From the NCBI GenBank assembly GCA_038874075.1, contig JAVZDD010000001.1, positions 8,701-72,700 on the forward strand: a DNA stretch of 64,000 nucleotides, given 5' to 3'. Of this stretch, positions 1 through 12,500 are shown piece by piece; the first letter of the stretch is position 1; each line of letters begins with the position of its first letter. The notes under the pieces are model-generated. The model saw only the letters and a list, made by a program, of their open reading frames with translations, was not told the origin of the DNA and did no database searches. The stretch comes from Candidatus Nanoarchaeia archaeon. GTDB taxonomy: Archaea > Nanobdellota > Nanobdellia > Jingweiarchaeales > Jingweiarchaeaceae. A program made the translations under genes and the position numbers.

Positions 1-489
1 GGACCTGCAATTGCATTGAGTATGGAGCCACCAGAAGAAGACGTAATGAAGAGACCACCAAGAGATCCAAAACAAGGCGTGTTGTATGGTAGATTTGCTT
101 CGATACTTGCATCATTCTTCACACAATTTTTTGGAACAGCAGGCATCTTTTGCTTATCCTATTACATTTGGAAAGAGCCATTGCAGGAGGCAATGACAAT
201 GGCATTCATACAAGCAACATTTCAAGAGTTGGCAACGGTATGGAATTGTAGGTCTGAAAAGAAATCTGTGTTTAGAATGAATCCATTCACAAACAAATTC
301 CTAGTAATTGCTGTCTTAGCTTCCTTGGTTTTAACTGCATCTCTAACGATCGTTCCAGTATTCCAGCAAATGTTTGGTACTGTTGCATTAAGTCTCACTG
401 ATTGGATCATAGTAATTGCAATTGGCAGTGTCGGATTTTTAATCGTACCTGAAGTATTTTATGGTAGAAAAATTTGGAAATGGGTTTAA
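1..489 (+). CDS. Cation-transporting P-type ATPase, C-terminal fragment (5' end outside window)
   Basis: Frame is open from base 1: GPAIALSMEPPEEDVMKRPPRDP, then WNCRS..S.F..NPFTNKFL and TM helices, typical of the P2 Cation_ATPase_C region. Confidence 0.9.
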   Translation, partial: GPAIALSMEPPEEDVMKRPPRDPKQGVLYGRFASILASFFTQFFGTAGIFCLSYYIWKEPLQEAMTMAFIQATFQELATVWNCRSEKKSVFRMNPFTNKFLVIAVLASLVLTASLTIVPVFQQMFGTVALSLTDWIIVIAIGSVGFLIVPEVFYGRKIWKWV

Positions 490-525
490 GTAAAATATTT
501 AATGTTATGAAGGTAAGTGATTAAT

Positions 526-1074
526 ATGTATAAAATCTTAACAATAAGAGACAGGATAAGAGTACCACCAGAATTATTTAGTAAAGATATAGAAGAAGCT
601 GTGGGTGAATCGATTAAGAAAAGTTATGAAGGTGTATTGGATAAAACACATGGGCTTTTTCTTGCACTCACAAAAATAAATGAAATAGGTGAAGGGGTAA
701 TAATTCCGGGTGACGGTGCTGTTTATTACAATGTAACGTTTGAAGTGTTAGTTTATAAGCCAGAATTGCATGAGGTTGTTGAAGGTAAAGTGAATGAGAT
801 AGCGGAATATGGTGCCTTCATAAAGATTGGGCCATTGGATGGACTCGTTCACGTATCGCAAGTAATGGATGATTACGTGAGTTATAGCAAATCACAAAGT
901 TTGTCTGGAAAACAGACAAAGAGAACGCTAAAAGTGGGTGATGTCGTGCTTGCAAGAGTAATCGCAATAAGTTTAAGAAGTTTGCAGGATGCAAAGATAG
1001 GATTAACGATGAGGCAAGAAGGACTTGGAAAAGCAGAGTGGTATGAAGAAAAGAAAAAGGGTGTGAAGAAATGA
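526..1074 (+). CDS. rpoE1: DNA-directed RNA polymerase subunit E' (Rpo7)
   Basis: MYKILTIRDRIRVPP, IIPGDGAVY, S1 domain GPLDGLVHVSQVMDD, KIGLTMRQ. ATG at 526 preferred over GTG at 517. Confidence 0.97.
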   Translation: MYKILTIRDRIRVPPELFSKDIEEAVGESIKKSYEGVLDKTHGLFLALTKINEIGEGVIIPGDGAVYYNVTFEVLVYKPELHEVVEGKVNEIAEYGAFIKIGPLDGLVHVSQVMDDYVSYSKSQSLSGKQTKRTLKVGDVVLARVIAISLRSLQDAKIGLTMRQEGLGKAEWYEEKKKGVKK

Positions 1075-1262
1075 AGGAAGTTGCATGTAAAAGATGTTTA
1101 CGCATTGTACCAAAAGGAAAAGATTGCCCAATATGTAAAGGGAAGGACATGAGTGAAAATTGGAAAGGTTTTGTTGTAATTATAAATCCTGAGAAAAGTA
1201 AAATTGCGAACATACTTAAAAGGGATTTGCCTGGCGAGTATGCACTAAAGGTGAGTAAGTGA
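1071..1262 (+). CDS. spt4: Transcription elongation factor Spt4 (RpoE'')
   Basis: CxxC..CPxC zinc ribbon, WKG.V.I.NPEKS.IA, PGEYALKV; directly follows rpoE1. Confidence 0.95.
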   Translation: MKEVACKRCLRIVPKGKDCPICKGKDMSENWKGFVVIINPEKSKIANILKRDLPGEYALKVSK

Positions 1263-1583
1263 ATGGATATCGAGATTAAAGGAAGAAATGAGAATAAACT
1301 CTTCAATCGCGAAGAGATAAGTTTTTCTGTTGAATTTGATAAGATTCCAAAAAGGAGTGAGATAAAAGAGAAGTTATGTGAGAAGTTAAATCTACAAAAA
1401 GATTTGTGTGTTTTAAGGAGATTGAAAGGTGGTTTTGGTTCAAGGAGATTAATCGGAGAGATTTTTGTTTACAAAAACAAGGAAGAACTGATGAAATACG
1501 AACCAAAGTTTTTTTTGATAAGAGATGGTTTTCTAAAGAAAGAGGAGAAGGTAAAGAAGGAGGAGAGTAAAGAAGAGAAGTGA
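1263..1583 (+). CDS. rps24e: 30S ribosomal protein S24e
   Basis: N.LFNREEI, GFG, YEPKF.LIR motifs; conserved position upstream of S27ae. Confidence 0.9.
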   Translation: MDIEIKGRNENKLFNREEISFSVEFDKIPKRSEIKEKLCEKLNLQKDLCVLRRLKGGFGSRRLIGEIFVYKNKEELMKYEPKFFLIRDGFLKKEEKVKKEESKEEK

Positions 1584-1861
1584 TTCAGATGGTAAAAGAA
1601 GATGAAGAAGCAAAAGAAGAAAAGAAAGAGGAAAGCTTAGAGAAAGAAGGGGAGGAAAAGGTAAAAAAGGTCGAGAAGAAGGGTAAGAAAAAAAGAAAAA
1701 ATAGAAAGCCGAGTGAAAAGTGGAGGATGTACAGTATTTCTGGTGAGAAAGGTATTAAAAGGAAAAACAAGTCTTGTCCGAAGTGTGGCGAAGGTGTTTT
1801 CTTGGCAGAGCATAAGGACAGGTTCTCTTGTGGAAAATGTGGATACACAATTTTTAAGTAG
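1580..1861 (+). CDS. rps27ae: 30S ribosomal protein S27ae with charged N-terminal extension
   Basis: [25 protein letters not shown] zinc ribbon. Confidence 0.95.
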   Translation: MIQMVKEDEEAKEEKKEESLEKEGEEKVKKVEKKGKKKRKNRKPSEKWRMYSISGEKGIKRKNKSCPKCGEGVFLAEHKDRFSCGKCGYTIFK

Positions 1862-1911
1862 TTTTCTATTCGTTTGATATCATTAATTTATAAAAAATGA
1901 AATACTAAAAA

Positions 1912-2895
1912 TTGATGATGATATGTCTTGGGATTGAAGGAACGGCACATACATTTGGTATAGGGATTTTAAGTGAAGATGGTAAAGTGCTAGCAAACGC
2001 TAAAAAGGTATATTCGCCGCAAGAAGGATTTGGAATCAAGCCAGTCGAAGCAGCTGAGCATCATAAAAAATTTTCGGAAGATGTGTTGAATGAAGCATTG
2101 GAAAGGGCAAAGATAAAATTGAGTGATGTTGATCTGATTGCATTCTCGCAGGGTCCTGGTTTACCTCCTTGCTTGAGCGTTACATTAAAAAAGGCAATAG
2201 AGATAGCAAAGAGAATAAAAAAACCAATTGTTGGTGTGAATCACTGTATCGCACATTTAGAGATTGGTAGGTTAATTTGTAAATGTAGTGATCCTGTAAT
2301 GTTATATGTTTCTGGAGGTAATACACAAGTAATCGCATTTAGCGAAGGTAAGTATCGTGTTTTTGGTGAGACATTGGACATCACAATAGGAAACCTGCTC
2401 GATTGTTTTGCAAGGGCAGCAAATCTACCTTTTCCTGGTGGACCAAAAATAGAAGAACTTGCAAAAAGAGGGACAAAATACATACAATTACCATACAGGG
2501 TTAAAGGTATGGATGTGAGTTTTACAGGTATCCTAACACTCTTGGAAAAAAAATTGAAAGAAAATAAAATAGAAGACCTTTGTTATTCACTGCAAGAAAC
2601 TACATTCGCAATGTTAGTTGAAGTGAGTGAAAGAGCGATTGCTCATTTAAGAAAAAATGAGTTGTTGCTTACTGGTGGAGTTGCAGCAAACAAAAGACTA
2701 CAAGAGATGTGTGAAGTAATGTGTAGAGAAAGGGGGGCTGGGTTTTATGTTGTTCCTCATGAATATGCTGGTGATTGTGGCGCTAATATAGCCTGGACTG
2801 GTATACTGGCAAAAAATAATTCAACAAGGAATTTTGGAAAGATTAAGATAAAGCCAAAGTGGAGGACAGATGATGTATCTGTAGACTGGAGATGA
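1912..2895 (+). CDS. kae1: tRNA N6-threonylcarbamoyltransferase Kae1/TsaD (KEOPS), stand-alone
   Basis: LGIEGTAHT, SQGPGL, NHCIAH, YVSGGNTQ, GETLDI, GGVAAN, WRTD motifs. Confidence 0.97.
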   Translation: MMMICLGIEGTAHTFGIGILSEDGKVLANAKKVYSPQEGFGIKPVEAAEHHKKFSEDVLNEALERAKIKLSDVDLIAFSQGPGLPPCLSVTLKKAIEIAKRIKKPIVGVNHCIAHLEIGRLICKCSDPVMLYVSGGNTQVIAFSEGKYRVFGETLDITIGNLLDCFARAANLPFPGGPKIEELAKRGTKYIQLPYRVKGMDVSFTGILTLLEKKLKENKIEDLCYSLQETTFAMLVEVSERAIAHLRKNELLLTGGVAANKRLQEMCEVMCRERGAGFYVVPHEYAGDCGANIAWTGILAKNNSTRNFGKIKIKPKWRTDDVSVDWR

Positions 2896-2896
2896 T

Positions 2897-3730
2897 TTAT
2901 TTCCTTTCTCTTCTTCTACTTTTCTTCTTAACCTTTTCTTCCTTTGGTGGTTTTTCTACTTTAACTTCTATTTTTTCTGATGGTACTTTTCTCTTTTTAT
3001 AGAATTCTAGCAGATATGATAAGAGTATAAGCACGATGCCAATGATCAAAAATATTGTAAAATTGTTCATTGTCACGGATAAAATGTTGATCACGATCTG
3101 TGATATCTCAGCTCTTCCTATAAATGGTGATTTTTCTAGATAAGAATTGATACTTGCTACAACAATAAAACCTAAGAATCCAACAACTCCAAAACATATT
3201 CCTATTGTCCTTAATTTCCAGTACTTTTCTGTGAGATAAATCAGTACTAATATGATCAAGAATGATATTAGTACCATATACGAAAAAAAGCTGAATATTG
3301 TTTTGTGTGTTTTTTCTGTGAGAAACGCCAATAAAGCAGTTGTGCCTCCTTCTCTAAGACATTCAAGTATCTCACATTTTGGTTCGGTATAGTATATGGA
3401 ATTAACTATTTTATCAATGATGTGAGAGACGAATCCATCATAATTTAGGGGGAGTATCTCACTGCATTTGATTGTGATGGTAGTTATGCCTGCATTTATG
3501 TTGTCAAACTCCATGTTTGGATCCAATTCACATACTTGTCTCATTGAAGTGTATACTTCGATCGTCGAGTTAGAAACCTCTGGTGATTGTAGAATCACGC
3601 TTTTTAATATGTCTTTAACTGTCTCTACGGATGTAAGCTGATAGCCTGTAAGACTGAAAAGTGATAGAAATAAGAATAAACATAGGAAAATGCCAAGTAC
3701 AAATTCAACAAATTTTTTAATTGTACTCAC
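2897..3730 (-). CDS. Hypothetical membrane protein (N-terminal TM, Cys-containing loop, about 3 C-terminal TMs, basic tail)
   Basis: 277-aa ORF with clear hydrophobic segments. Confidence 0.75.
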   Translation of the reverse strand: MSTIKKFVEFVLGIFLCLFLFLSLFSLTGYQLTSVETVKDILKSVILQSPEVSNSTIEVYTSMRQVCELDPNMEFDNINAGITTITIKCSEILPLNYDGFVSHIIDKIVNSIYYTEPKCEILECLREGGTTALLAFLTEKTHKTIFSFFSYMVLISFLIILVLIYLTEKYWKLRTIGICFGVVGFLGFIVVASINSYLEKSPFIGRAEISQIVINILSVTMNNFTIFLIIGIVLILLSYLLEFYKKRKVPSEKIEVKVEKPPKEEKVKKKSRRRERK

Positions 3731-3769
3731 ATTATTTATACAAAATTCTTAAATTATAAATTTATCTCA

Positions 3770-4945
3770 TTAAGTAAAAATTGGATGTCTATCTTGTACT
3801 TCTTTGTGTGTTATACCCTCTAAATTTAAGAAATAATGGATGAACACATCATCAGCGATCAATGTTCTTATTTCAAAAACTAATTTTTCTAATGAAGATG
3901 GTACTGCAGTTTCACCGAGTTCTTTTTCTCTTTCGATTATCCTACCAGGGATTTGTATCAACAGGTCATTTGCATTTAATTTCATTGCTGCTAATGAAGT
4001 TTTATATGACGTAATTAAATTAATGTTGGCTCCTGAACTGTGAATTAAATCGATCTTTTCAGCCCAATATTTTCTTCCAGATCCAGAAATTATTTCAATT
4101 AAATCGTCTTTTTTTATCGTGGACAAGCCAGCATCTGATTTATGGTACACGTGTATGTCATCGTCTTTTTTTGCGCAATGTGCCAATCTTTTTGCATAGA
4201 ATTTTGCAACGACATTACTCATACCCACACCAACGGTAACAATTTTTTTGTTGTTTTCCTTAGTTTTATGAATCCTTAATGCTCTTTTTAAAAATTGATT
4301 TGAATCAAGCTTTATATTTTTTATATAATCGATGAACTCGCTTTTTCTTTGATTGATGTTTTTATCTGAATTGAGTATATCAATTAAACATAATCCAGTC
4401 AAAAGGGCTGAGTGCTCAAATTCTGAACCGAGAATGTCCAATGGATTGTTGATTAGTTGTCTCGTATCTAAATCACGTTCATCAATCTTTGTTCTACCAG
4501 GTATGTGTATTTTATAATCGGAGAGCTCACCTATTTTTTGTTGCGGATATGAAGTAAAACAGATTAATTTTGAACCTGCTTCTCTTGCTTCACTTGCATA
4601 ACCTACTGTTTCTGGTGTTGTGCCTGTACCTGTAATCAACAATAATGTGTGGTCTTTGTTAAACTCGGGTGATAAAGTGGATTCCTCGGTGATCCAACCT
4701 GAGTTAAAACCATTTATCCTTGCATATGCAGACAGGATAACACCAACCAAACCTGACCTACCAACTCCAACAAACCAAATTGGTTTTTTTTCATCCTTAA
4801 CTTTTCTCAGATGAGACTTGACTTCATCAATCGGACCACTTATTTGATTCATCTTTAAACGTTCACAAGCAAATTGAAAGGAATCATTGAAGTAATCAAA
4901 AATTTTGATTTTTTCTGAAAGTTTATCATCAAGTGTCATGTTCAT
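3770..4945 (-). CDS. Tandem double SIS-domain protein, 6-phospho-3-hexuloisomerase (HxlB/PHI)-like
   Basis: Two SIS halves: VGVGRSG..ITGTGTT..IPGR..GSEFE and VGVGMS..ISGSG..IPGR..FE. Confidence 0.75.
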   Translation of the reverse strand: MNMTLDDKLSEKIKIFDYFNDSFQFACERLKMNQISGPIDEVKSHLRKVKDEKKPIWFVGVGRSGLVGVILSAYARINGFNSGWITEESTLSPEFNKDHTLLLITGTGTTPETVGYASEAREAGSKLICFTSYPQQKIGELSDYKIHIPGRTKIDERDLDTRQLINNPLDILGSEFEHSALLTGLCLIDILNSDKNINQRKSEFIDYIKNIKLDSNQFLKRALRIHKTKENNKKIVTVGVGMSNVVAKFYAKRLAHCAKKDDDIHVYHKSDAGLSTIKKDDLIEIISGSGRKYWAEKIDLIHSSGANINLITSYKTSLAAMKLNANDLLIQIPGRIIEREKELGETAVPSSLEKLVFEIRTLIADDVFIHYFLNLEGITHKEVQDRHPIFT

Positions 4946-4979
4946 TTAAGAAATGTTTGATTATTTAAAAAACTTTTTA

Positions 4980-5465
4980 CTATAATTTTAATTTCTGGAA
5001 TTCTAATAGGTTGTGAATCGTTGCATTTGCATGACTTGTACCTAATGAGATGCACGGTATATAAACTGAAAGCTTCCTAAAAATATATGGTACTTTTCCG
5101 TATTTTTTATTGAATGATTTATCTATTATTCTTGATGTGGTGTAACCAAATGCAAATGTGCCTGCAAATTCTAGTGCAGCAAATAATGTCAACCCTGCAT
5201 GGAAGCCAAAATTTTGGATAAAGAAATTCACAAAGGGATTGAGCTCTTTAAATTCTCTTGAAAGCGCATGACCCATGTAAGTGGTTACATAGTCACTGGT
5301 CAAGTTAAATGTATAATAGCATGTGGAAATCGCCTCAAGAATTTCTTCTAAAAACTTTGCTTTTTTGTTACTTAATTTATCAACGAGGCATCTGTTGAGT
5401 TTGTCTTCTAAATTATTTAGCTTTTCCTTTGTTCTTCTACTAATTTTATTTATGCTATCAAACAT
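4980..5465 (-). CDS. Hypothetical membrane protein (DUF5658-like D..TT/E.NP motif)
   Basis: DYVTTY...ELNPFV motif plus hydrophobic helices. Confidence 0.55.
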   Translation of the reverse strand: MFDSINKISRRTKEKLNNLEDKLNRCLVDKLSNKKAKFLEEILEAISTCYYTFNLTSDYVTTYMGHALSREFKELNPFVNFFIQNFGFHAGLTLFAALEFAGTFAFGYTTSRIIDKSFNKKYGKVPYIFRKLSVYIPCISLGTSHANATIHNLLEFQKLKL

Positions 5466-5515
5466 AGAATCTGTGAGGTAATATACAATTATATTTTTTA
5501 CTAAATAGTGATAAA

Positions 5516-6340
5516 TTAACCTAAATATGACATTTTCACGTAAAAAGTTCTCGGAACTCTTTTTAGCACATGCTCAACCATTTTGTCATCGATTGGTCTT
5601 ATACCCTCATTTGCATAGAATCTACAAACTCGCTCGCAATTGACAAGTATCTCTCTTGGAATATATGAAGACAGGTGAAAAATCTTATTCAATGCTTCTT
5701 CGCTGAATGGGTTACTCTCTTCTTTGCTTTGCATTGAGTTTAAAATTCTCAGTTGGATCATTCTCGTTGCTTCATCACTCTGCATCGGTCTCAATGCATT
5801 TTCCCAAACAATTCTATTTCTAAACGCATCTTTAAAAGGTTTATGTGATTTTATCCGCTTCGTTGAAGCCATTATGATACTTGCACCTAGATGATCATGG
5901 AATGCTCTTAAAAAATGATAAACATTTTGATTGTTTACCAAATGTGCTTCATCAAGAAAAATGATTGGTCTTCTGTCGCCAAGCTTCATTTTTAAAAAAT
6001 TTAAGAATCCAATCCTCTCTGGTGTTCTTCTTAGAATAATATCTAGGATGTTTTGCTTACCGATCGTATTTGCAAACTCATATACTAGAGAATTCTCAGT
6101 ACTTATAACAGGATCAATGAATATCGTCGCATACTTTTTCTTGTCTAAAAGTTTTTGGAAATGTAAGAGTAATGAGCTCTTACCGCTACCAGGTGGTCCA
6201 AAAATGTTCATTGAATCTCCAGAAATTATAATTTCGTGAAGGTCTCTCTTTATGTCATCAAATCCAACAAAGATTTGAGGGTCAGCACTAATAATGAATG
6301 GATTGGATTTCCATCCATATCTAACGAACCATGTGTCCAT
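5516..6340 (-). CDS. AAA+ ATPase, ExeA/AAA_22-like
   Basis: N-terminal YGW..NPF, Walker A GPPGSGKS, Walker B IFLDEAH, FRNR Arg-finger region, IPREI sensor. Confidence 0.85.
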   Translation of the reverse strand: MDTWFVRYGWKSNPFIISADPQIFVGFDDIKRDLHEIIISGDSMNIFGPPGSGKSSLLLHFQKLLDKKKYATIFIDPVISTENSLVYEFANTIGKQNILDIILRRTPERIGFLNFLKMKLGDRRPIIFLDEAHLVNNQNVYHFLRAFHDHLGASIIMASTKRIKSHKPFKDAFRNRIVWENALRPMQSDEATRMIQLRILNSMQSKEESNPFSEEALNKIFHLSSYIPREILVNCERVCRFYANEGIRPIDDKMVEHVLKRVPRTFYVKMSYLG

Positions 6341-6516
6341 TTTTTTGCTTTTTAAACATAACTCTCATCTAATCATCCATTTGTCCTATCCAGTTATGAT
6401 TTTATATGCGATGTTAGTTTTTAACTTTGTCGGATGATGTTCTATATACAATGAATCATACAAAGTCCTTTATCGATAACTTTTTTATTTCTGAGTAGTA
6501 TTATAATGCTTATTAA

Positions 6517-9500
6517 ATGGTCAACATGAAGAGAGATAAAGCTTTTTATGTAGTGTTAGTCTTAGTTCTTTTTATATTTCTTTCCATCTCATTCACTAAT
6601 CAAATGATAGCTCAAATTCTACTTCTATTGGTTTTATCTAGTTTTATCTTCATCAGAGTCAATGTTATTCCAAACAAAAAAGCAATTTCAAGAGTGGTGC
6701 TCTATTTAATTGTGATCATTTTTTTCGTTTTCTATCAGTTTTACTTCTCAAGGCTCATTGACGTTGTTTTTGCTGCCACTGTATGGAATTTTGTTTCTCC
6801 AACACCCACAAATAATACTTGCACCACGCAAGGACCAATAAATGCAACTGTGATCGATGGAAGTCCAAGTCTATGTAAGTTGTACGTAAGCCAAAATCCA
6901 GGTTCCGGCTGGAGTATACATGAAATGAGCTTGACACTAGGCTCACCAAACTATTGTTATAACGGCACTTGGTGGCAGAGTGTTAGTAATGGGAGATGGT
7001 ATTACAAGGTCAACATGACGGATGTAAATGGAGTCTCAAGCTTTTCTAACGGTGATTATGAAAGGACATTCGTTTTAGATACTGCAAATCCATCTGTGAC
7101 AGCGAATCCAACCAAATATCCACCTGGGCAAACAAGAGCCAAGAATGGTGATAATGTCACGTTCAATGTAACTGTTATTGATTCTACGATTGCTCCTTGT
7201 GGTGTAAAAAATGTAACCGTACACTTGAGTCTTGGATTTAATTGTACTCAAGGTGAAATTTTGAATTTAATAAAATATGGTGCAACGGATTATTACGTTG
7301 GGAATTGTACTGTAGATGCAACAAATGAGGGTACATATTACCTTCCTGTATATGCATATGATAATGTTGATCACTTGAATGATAGCGTACAGGTGACAGT
7401 CTCAGTAGATTATACGCCACCAACTGTAACAATAACATCTCCCACGAACACACAATACAATACGAGTAGTATAAACCTAACATTCACTGCTAATGATAAC
7501 ATAGCGTCAACGATGACTTGTCAGAGGACTTTGGACGGAGTAACAACATTGATTGGTGCAGTAAACAATAATACTGAAAATACGACAATAATGAACCTAG
7601 AACCTGGAGTACATCAAGTAAATGTAACTTGTTGGGATGATGCTTACAACAATGGAACTTCTTCAACGATCACATTTGGGGTATGGCGTTATATTTACGC
7701 GAATGTGACGCGGAATCCGGAAGCGCCTGCAAATTTATCAAGAGTTCCTGGTTGCTCAATACCAACTTCAATTACGTGGAATGTGACAGATATAAAAGAT
7801 GAGTTTGATAACCCAATTAATGGAACTCTCTTGAATGTAACATGGCGTGGAAACACGGTATGGAATGGGAACATTTACACGTGGTGGAACAAAAGTTGGC
7901 AGAGAAGGAAACCAATCACAATTTCAAATGTTAACACCTCGGATCTAATCGATTATCAAGTCGTAATGAACATTACATATGATAATGATATGCAAAGCGA
8001 TTTTTCAGACATCAGATTTACTTGGTATAATAAAACAAGTGGTGTAGAAGTAGAAATACCATATTGGATTGAAAACAAATCTGATTCTAATTGGGTTTAT
8101 GTTTGGGTCAAAATACCTATCATTTATGCTAGTTCAAATACCACAATTTATGTTTATTATAAAAATACCACTCTCGTAAGTTCAAAAAGTAACGGTAGAG
8201 ATACATTTGATTTATTTGATGATTGGGAAAGCGGGATTGTAAACACAAGTTATTGGACTACTGGTGGTAGTGTTTCACCATATTGGATCACTCACACATC
8301 AACAAAATACCAGGGAAGCTATTCTTCTGGTAATAATGATATTGGAGATTTACAGATATCATGGATTAAAAAAAGTATTAATCTTTTGATGCCTGGAAAA
8401 TTGGAATTCTATTGGTCAGTTTCTTCAGAATCTTGCTGTGACTTCCTTTATTATTGTATAGACAATGATGGTTGTACGAGAACTTCTGGTTATATAAGTA
8501 GAATTGCTGGTACGGTGGGCTGGACATTTGTGAATTATAACTTGACAGCTGGCACCCACAGTATAAAGTTCGCGTATGAGAAAGATATAAGCGTATCCTA
8601 TGGTTCGGATACTGGGTGGATTGATTTTGTGAAAGTCAGGAAATATGTTTATCCTGAACCGACTAGTTCCATTGGGACAGAAGAGCAAATAGAAAATTTA
8701 AATCTTTTACCACTAAGTGGGGTGTTTGATATTCCCAATGATAACGTTCTTGGAGAAAGTGATGATTTCTTAAACATTACGATCACAAAACCATATTACT
8801 TTGCTTACACAAACAATTCTTCTGATTATCATATACAGGGCGTCCTGAATCAAAGTGGTTCGTTGATCTCATGGACACCAAGTGGAAGTGCAATAGATAA
8901 TTTTGAACCTTCTATTGAAGGAGGACCATCAGTCAGTGCTAGTTATTTGATAAGGGATGATTTGAGTGTAACCTTAACAGAAAATACACATTATATAAAA
9001 ACAAATTATGGAGATTGGAATGCAAGTGATAATAATGCTGGTGATACAATTATACCGAATACCACATTTACTGGTATAAATAATTACTGTGGTACTGTCA
9101 CGTTCTCAAAGAGCTATCTCGTGCATGGAAAGATAAGTGATATATCCAGCATTATCTGGTCTCCTTCTGGGAATAATATAGATAGATTTTATGGTGGAAG
9201 TTATGGTGGTCCAGATGTAAGCTATGGTAGCTTGGTAGTGATTGACAATAAAGGTAATGTGGTAGCACCAACGAATTACTCAGAAAATAAAATTGGAGAT
9301 TGGAATGCAAGTGATAATAATGCTGGTGATGTGATAATATCAAATTTAAATATCACATCAAAGCTCGATGCTGGTAGTTGTGGTACATTAAATTGTTATT
9401 GGCACGGTTATGTGAATCAAACAAAGAGCTATACTGTCTGGGCAAATTTAACAATTAAGAGTGTGGCACCGCCAAATGCTACAATTGTCTATAGATCAAA

Positions 9501-12500
9501 TTGTAATACGCCTTATAATGTAACTTTAAGAGTAAACTTAACTGATGATAAGGGTAACTTGGTTTCGGGAGCGAATACAATTATATATCATCCAAGTGGT
9601 ACATGCAGCGTGAATGATGAGAATAATGGATATTATAATTGTACCTATGATCCAAGCGATACGATAGTGCCTGGGCTCTATACATGGACAGCAGAGGCAA
9701 GTAAAAATTATTATTATAATACTGGTAATGCAACACTTTTGTATTTGGAAATCAGAGGTTGTTCTAACATTAACATTACCCAGCCATTAAATACTTCTTC
9801 CTTTAATCGATCACAAACAATGGATATTAAGGTTAACATAACGGATGAATTCAATCAACCAGTAAGCGATGTAGGCGTTACTTGTGAGCTCACAAAAGCA
9901 AATGGGGTGAAAGTTTATCCAAATTGTATTTACAATCTTTCATCATATCTTTGGGAAGCTAATTACACATTTGCAAATGATGATCCGGTTGGAATTTGGT
10001 ATTTGAAAGTGAATGTAAGTGGAAGTTATTCTTACGCTGAGAAAATATACGAAATCACTTTGTTCGGAAAGTTGAATGTTACAAGTGTCTTAACAAAAGA
10101 TAAAGTAGATAGGGGTTCTGATTGGGGGTATGGTACGATAGCATTGTTGAATGCAAGTATCAATGATGAGAGTGGCCCAGTAAGTGATGTATATGTAAAA
10201 TTTTATGCAAATGATAATTTCATTGGTGAAAACACGACAGATAGTAGTGGAATTGCAAGATTGTACTGGGATCCAGATGATAATTTAAATGTGGGTGCAT
10301 ACAAGATCGAGGTGGAAGCGTACAAGACTTATTATTATAATGATACAAGTAAAAGTTTGAACAATTATACAGATGTTTATGGCAAGTTATTTGTCAGAAA
10401 TGTTTCATCACCGGTAAATGTTGATAGAAAAAATAATTATGGTTATGGTACAATTGCGATTCTTGAGGTAAATGTGAGTGATGATTTATATGTTCCAATA
10501 AATGCATCAACAGTAGAATTTTACATTAATACTAGTGTTGTGGGAACAAACACAAGTGGTGTGAATGGATATTATAAATATAACTGGGATCCAGATAACA
10601 ATCTAAATCCTGGAATTTATGTTTTCTATGCAAATGCAAGAGATGTGCAATACTATCACAATTATACAGATACTGTACCTAATAGTACAATTACTGTTTG
10701 GGGTAAATTAAACATTACTTCTTTCGGATTTACTGATAAAGAAATTTACAGGATTGGAGAATCAACAGTTCTAAGCGTAAATGTGAGTGATGAAAATGAT
10801 GTTGCTGTAAATAATGCAATAGTTTCATTCGTAAGAGATTCAAGTATCATAAATGTGACCAACACTACAAATGGTTATGCAAGTTACACTTATGATCCAA
10901 GCGATACGATAACGCCAAACAACTATACTATGTATGTAAATGTGAGCAAGCAGTACTATTACAATGATTCAAAGCAAGATTGGCTTTTAATAAAAGGCAA
11001 GATAAATTTAACTATCATTTCGCCAAACACAGGTCAGAAGTTCTATAGAAATAATACAGTACAATTAAATTCAAATGTGACAGATGAAAATAATGTTGAA
11101 GTCTCTCCTGATTGGTCTGAATGGAAGAAGATATTTCCCACGCAAGAAGTGATTTCAAATCAACCCGATTATGATTGGAATATTCCATACAACTATCCAA
11201 AAGGATTGCTTTCAATACAATTTAATGCAACTAAAATGTACTATGATATTGTAGGTGCAATTCCAAGTGTTGACATTACAATATGGTCTAAAGCAAATGT
11301 CACAATATTAAACTCTCCTCAAGATTTGAATAGGGGAAACAATATAACAATTGTTGCAAGGGTTTCAGATCATTTCACGAATGAGAACTTGGGTGGTTAC
11401 GATATTGGTTGGTTTGTGAATGATGTTAATATAGCAAATTACACAACTGCCCCTGATGGAACTTCTTCTTATTATTGGATAACGAATTGTTCATATGATG
11501 TTGGTGTGAATTGGATAAATGCTACGATTGGAAATGATACAAGTAATTACATTGATGCTAACATAGCAAACAGTAAAATAGATATCCACTTAATTGGAAA
11601 CCTATCCACATCAATCATTTCACCTCATCTGGATTCACTCTACCATATAAATGATGTAATACAATTAAATTCAAGTACAATTGATGATTGTAACAATTAT
11701 GTCATACCAGTTGTTACATGGAGAAATGAAACAGATGTCATTCAAAGTGGTATAAATGCGACATGGACGATTCCGTTGACCTACAATAAGGGACCAACAA
11801 ATATCACTATTTATGCGAATAAAAGTTATTATTATAATGCAACAAATTCGACACGGATAATCATATATCGCTGGGTAAACATCACGGACTTAAACCCAAT
11901 AAATGTTACTTATCCTGTTGGAACAATCATAAACTTTACATGTTTTGTTAGAGATGCAAATCTTTCACTAGGAATCGAGAATTATCCTGTAAACTTCTAT
12001 AAAAATGGAGTACTTCAGAATGTTAGTTATACAAATACAAGTGGTCTCGCACTTTGGATATGGAACACAACGAATGAACTAAGTAACAATTACACAATAA
12101 AATGTAATATTACGGACAATGCAACGCTTTATTTAAATAAGAGCCACCCATATGAGCAGCAAGGTAATATCACGATTGAAAGAAGATTGTGGATTATAAA
12201 CATCTCAGTTGATAACAGAACGATTTATAGAAATGATACTTGGGCAATATTAAACAATCTACCATATGCCACAAATATTACGGTCGAGGTCTGGGATGCG
12301 GCAATAAATCCTGCTTCAAATGTAATCGTACATTTCTTCAATTCGACAAATGAAATGGGTAATTGTACTACAAATTCAGATGGTAAGTGCAGTGTCATAT
12401 TTAATCCACCTGATACAATCATTGTACAAAATTACACAATTTTAATTAATGCAACAAAGATAGGTAATGATCCATCTTTCACTGAAAATACAACAATTGA

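Noticed and set aside
2761..2800. Kae1 DCG in place of the usual DNG motif
   Set aside because: The metal-binding Asp and the HxxxH ligands are retained, so this single substitution is not enough to suggest altered function.
9009..9330. 37-bp repeat as a possible CRISPR repeat or DGR template/variable pair
   Set aside because: Only two copies, 285 bp apart and in frame within a CDS; no adenine-specific mismatches and no cas or reverse transcriptase gene.
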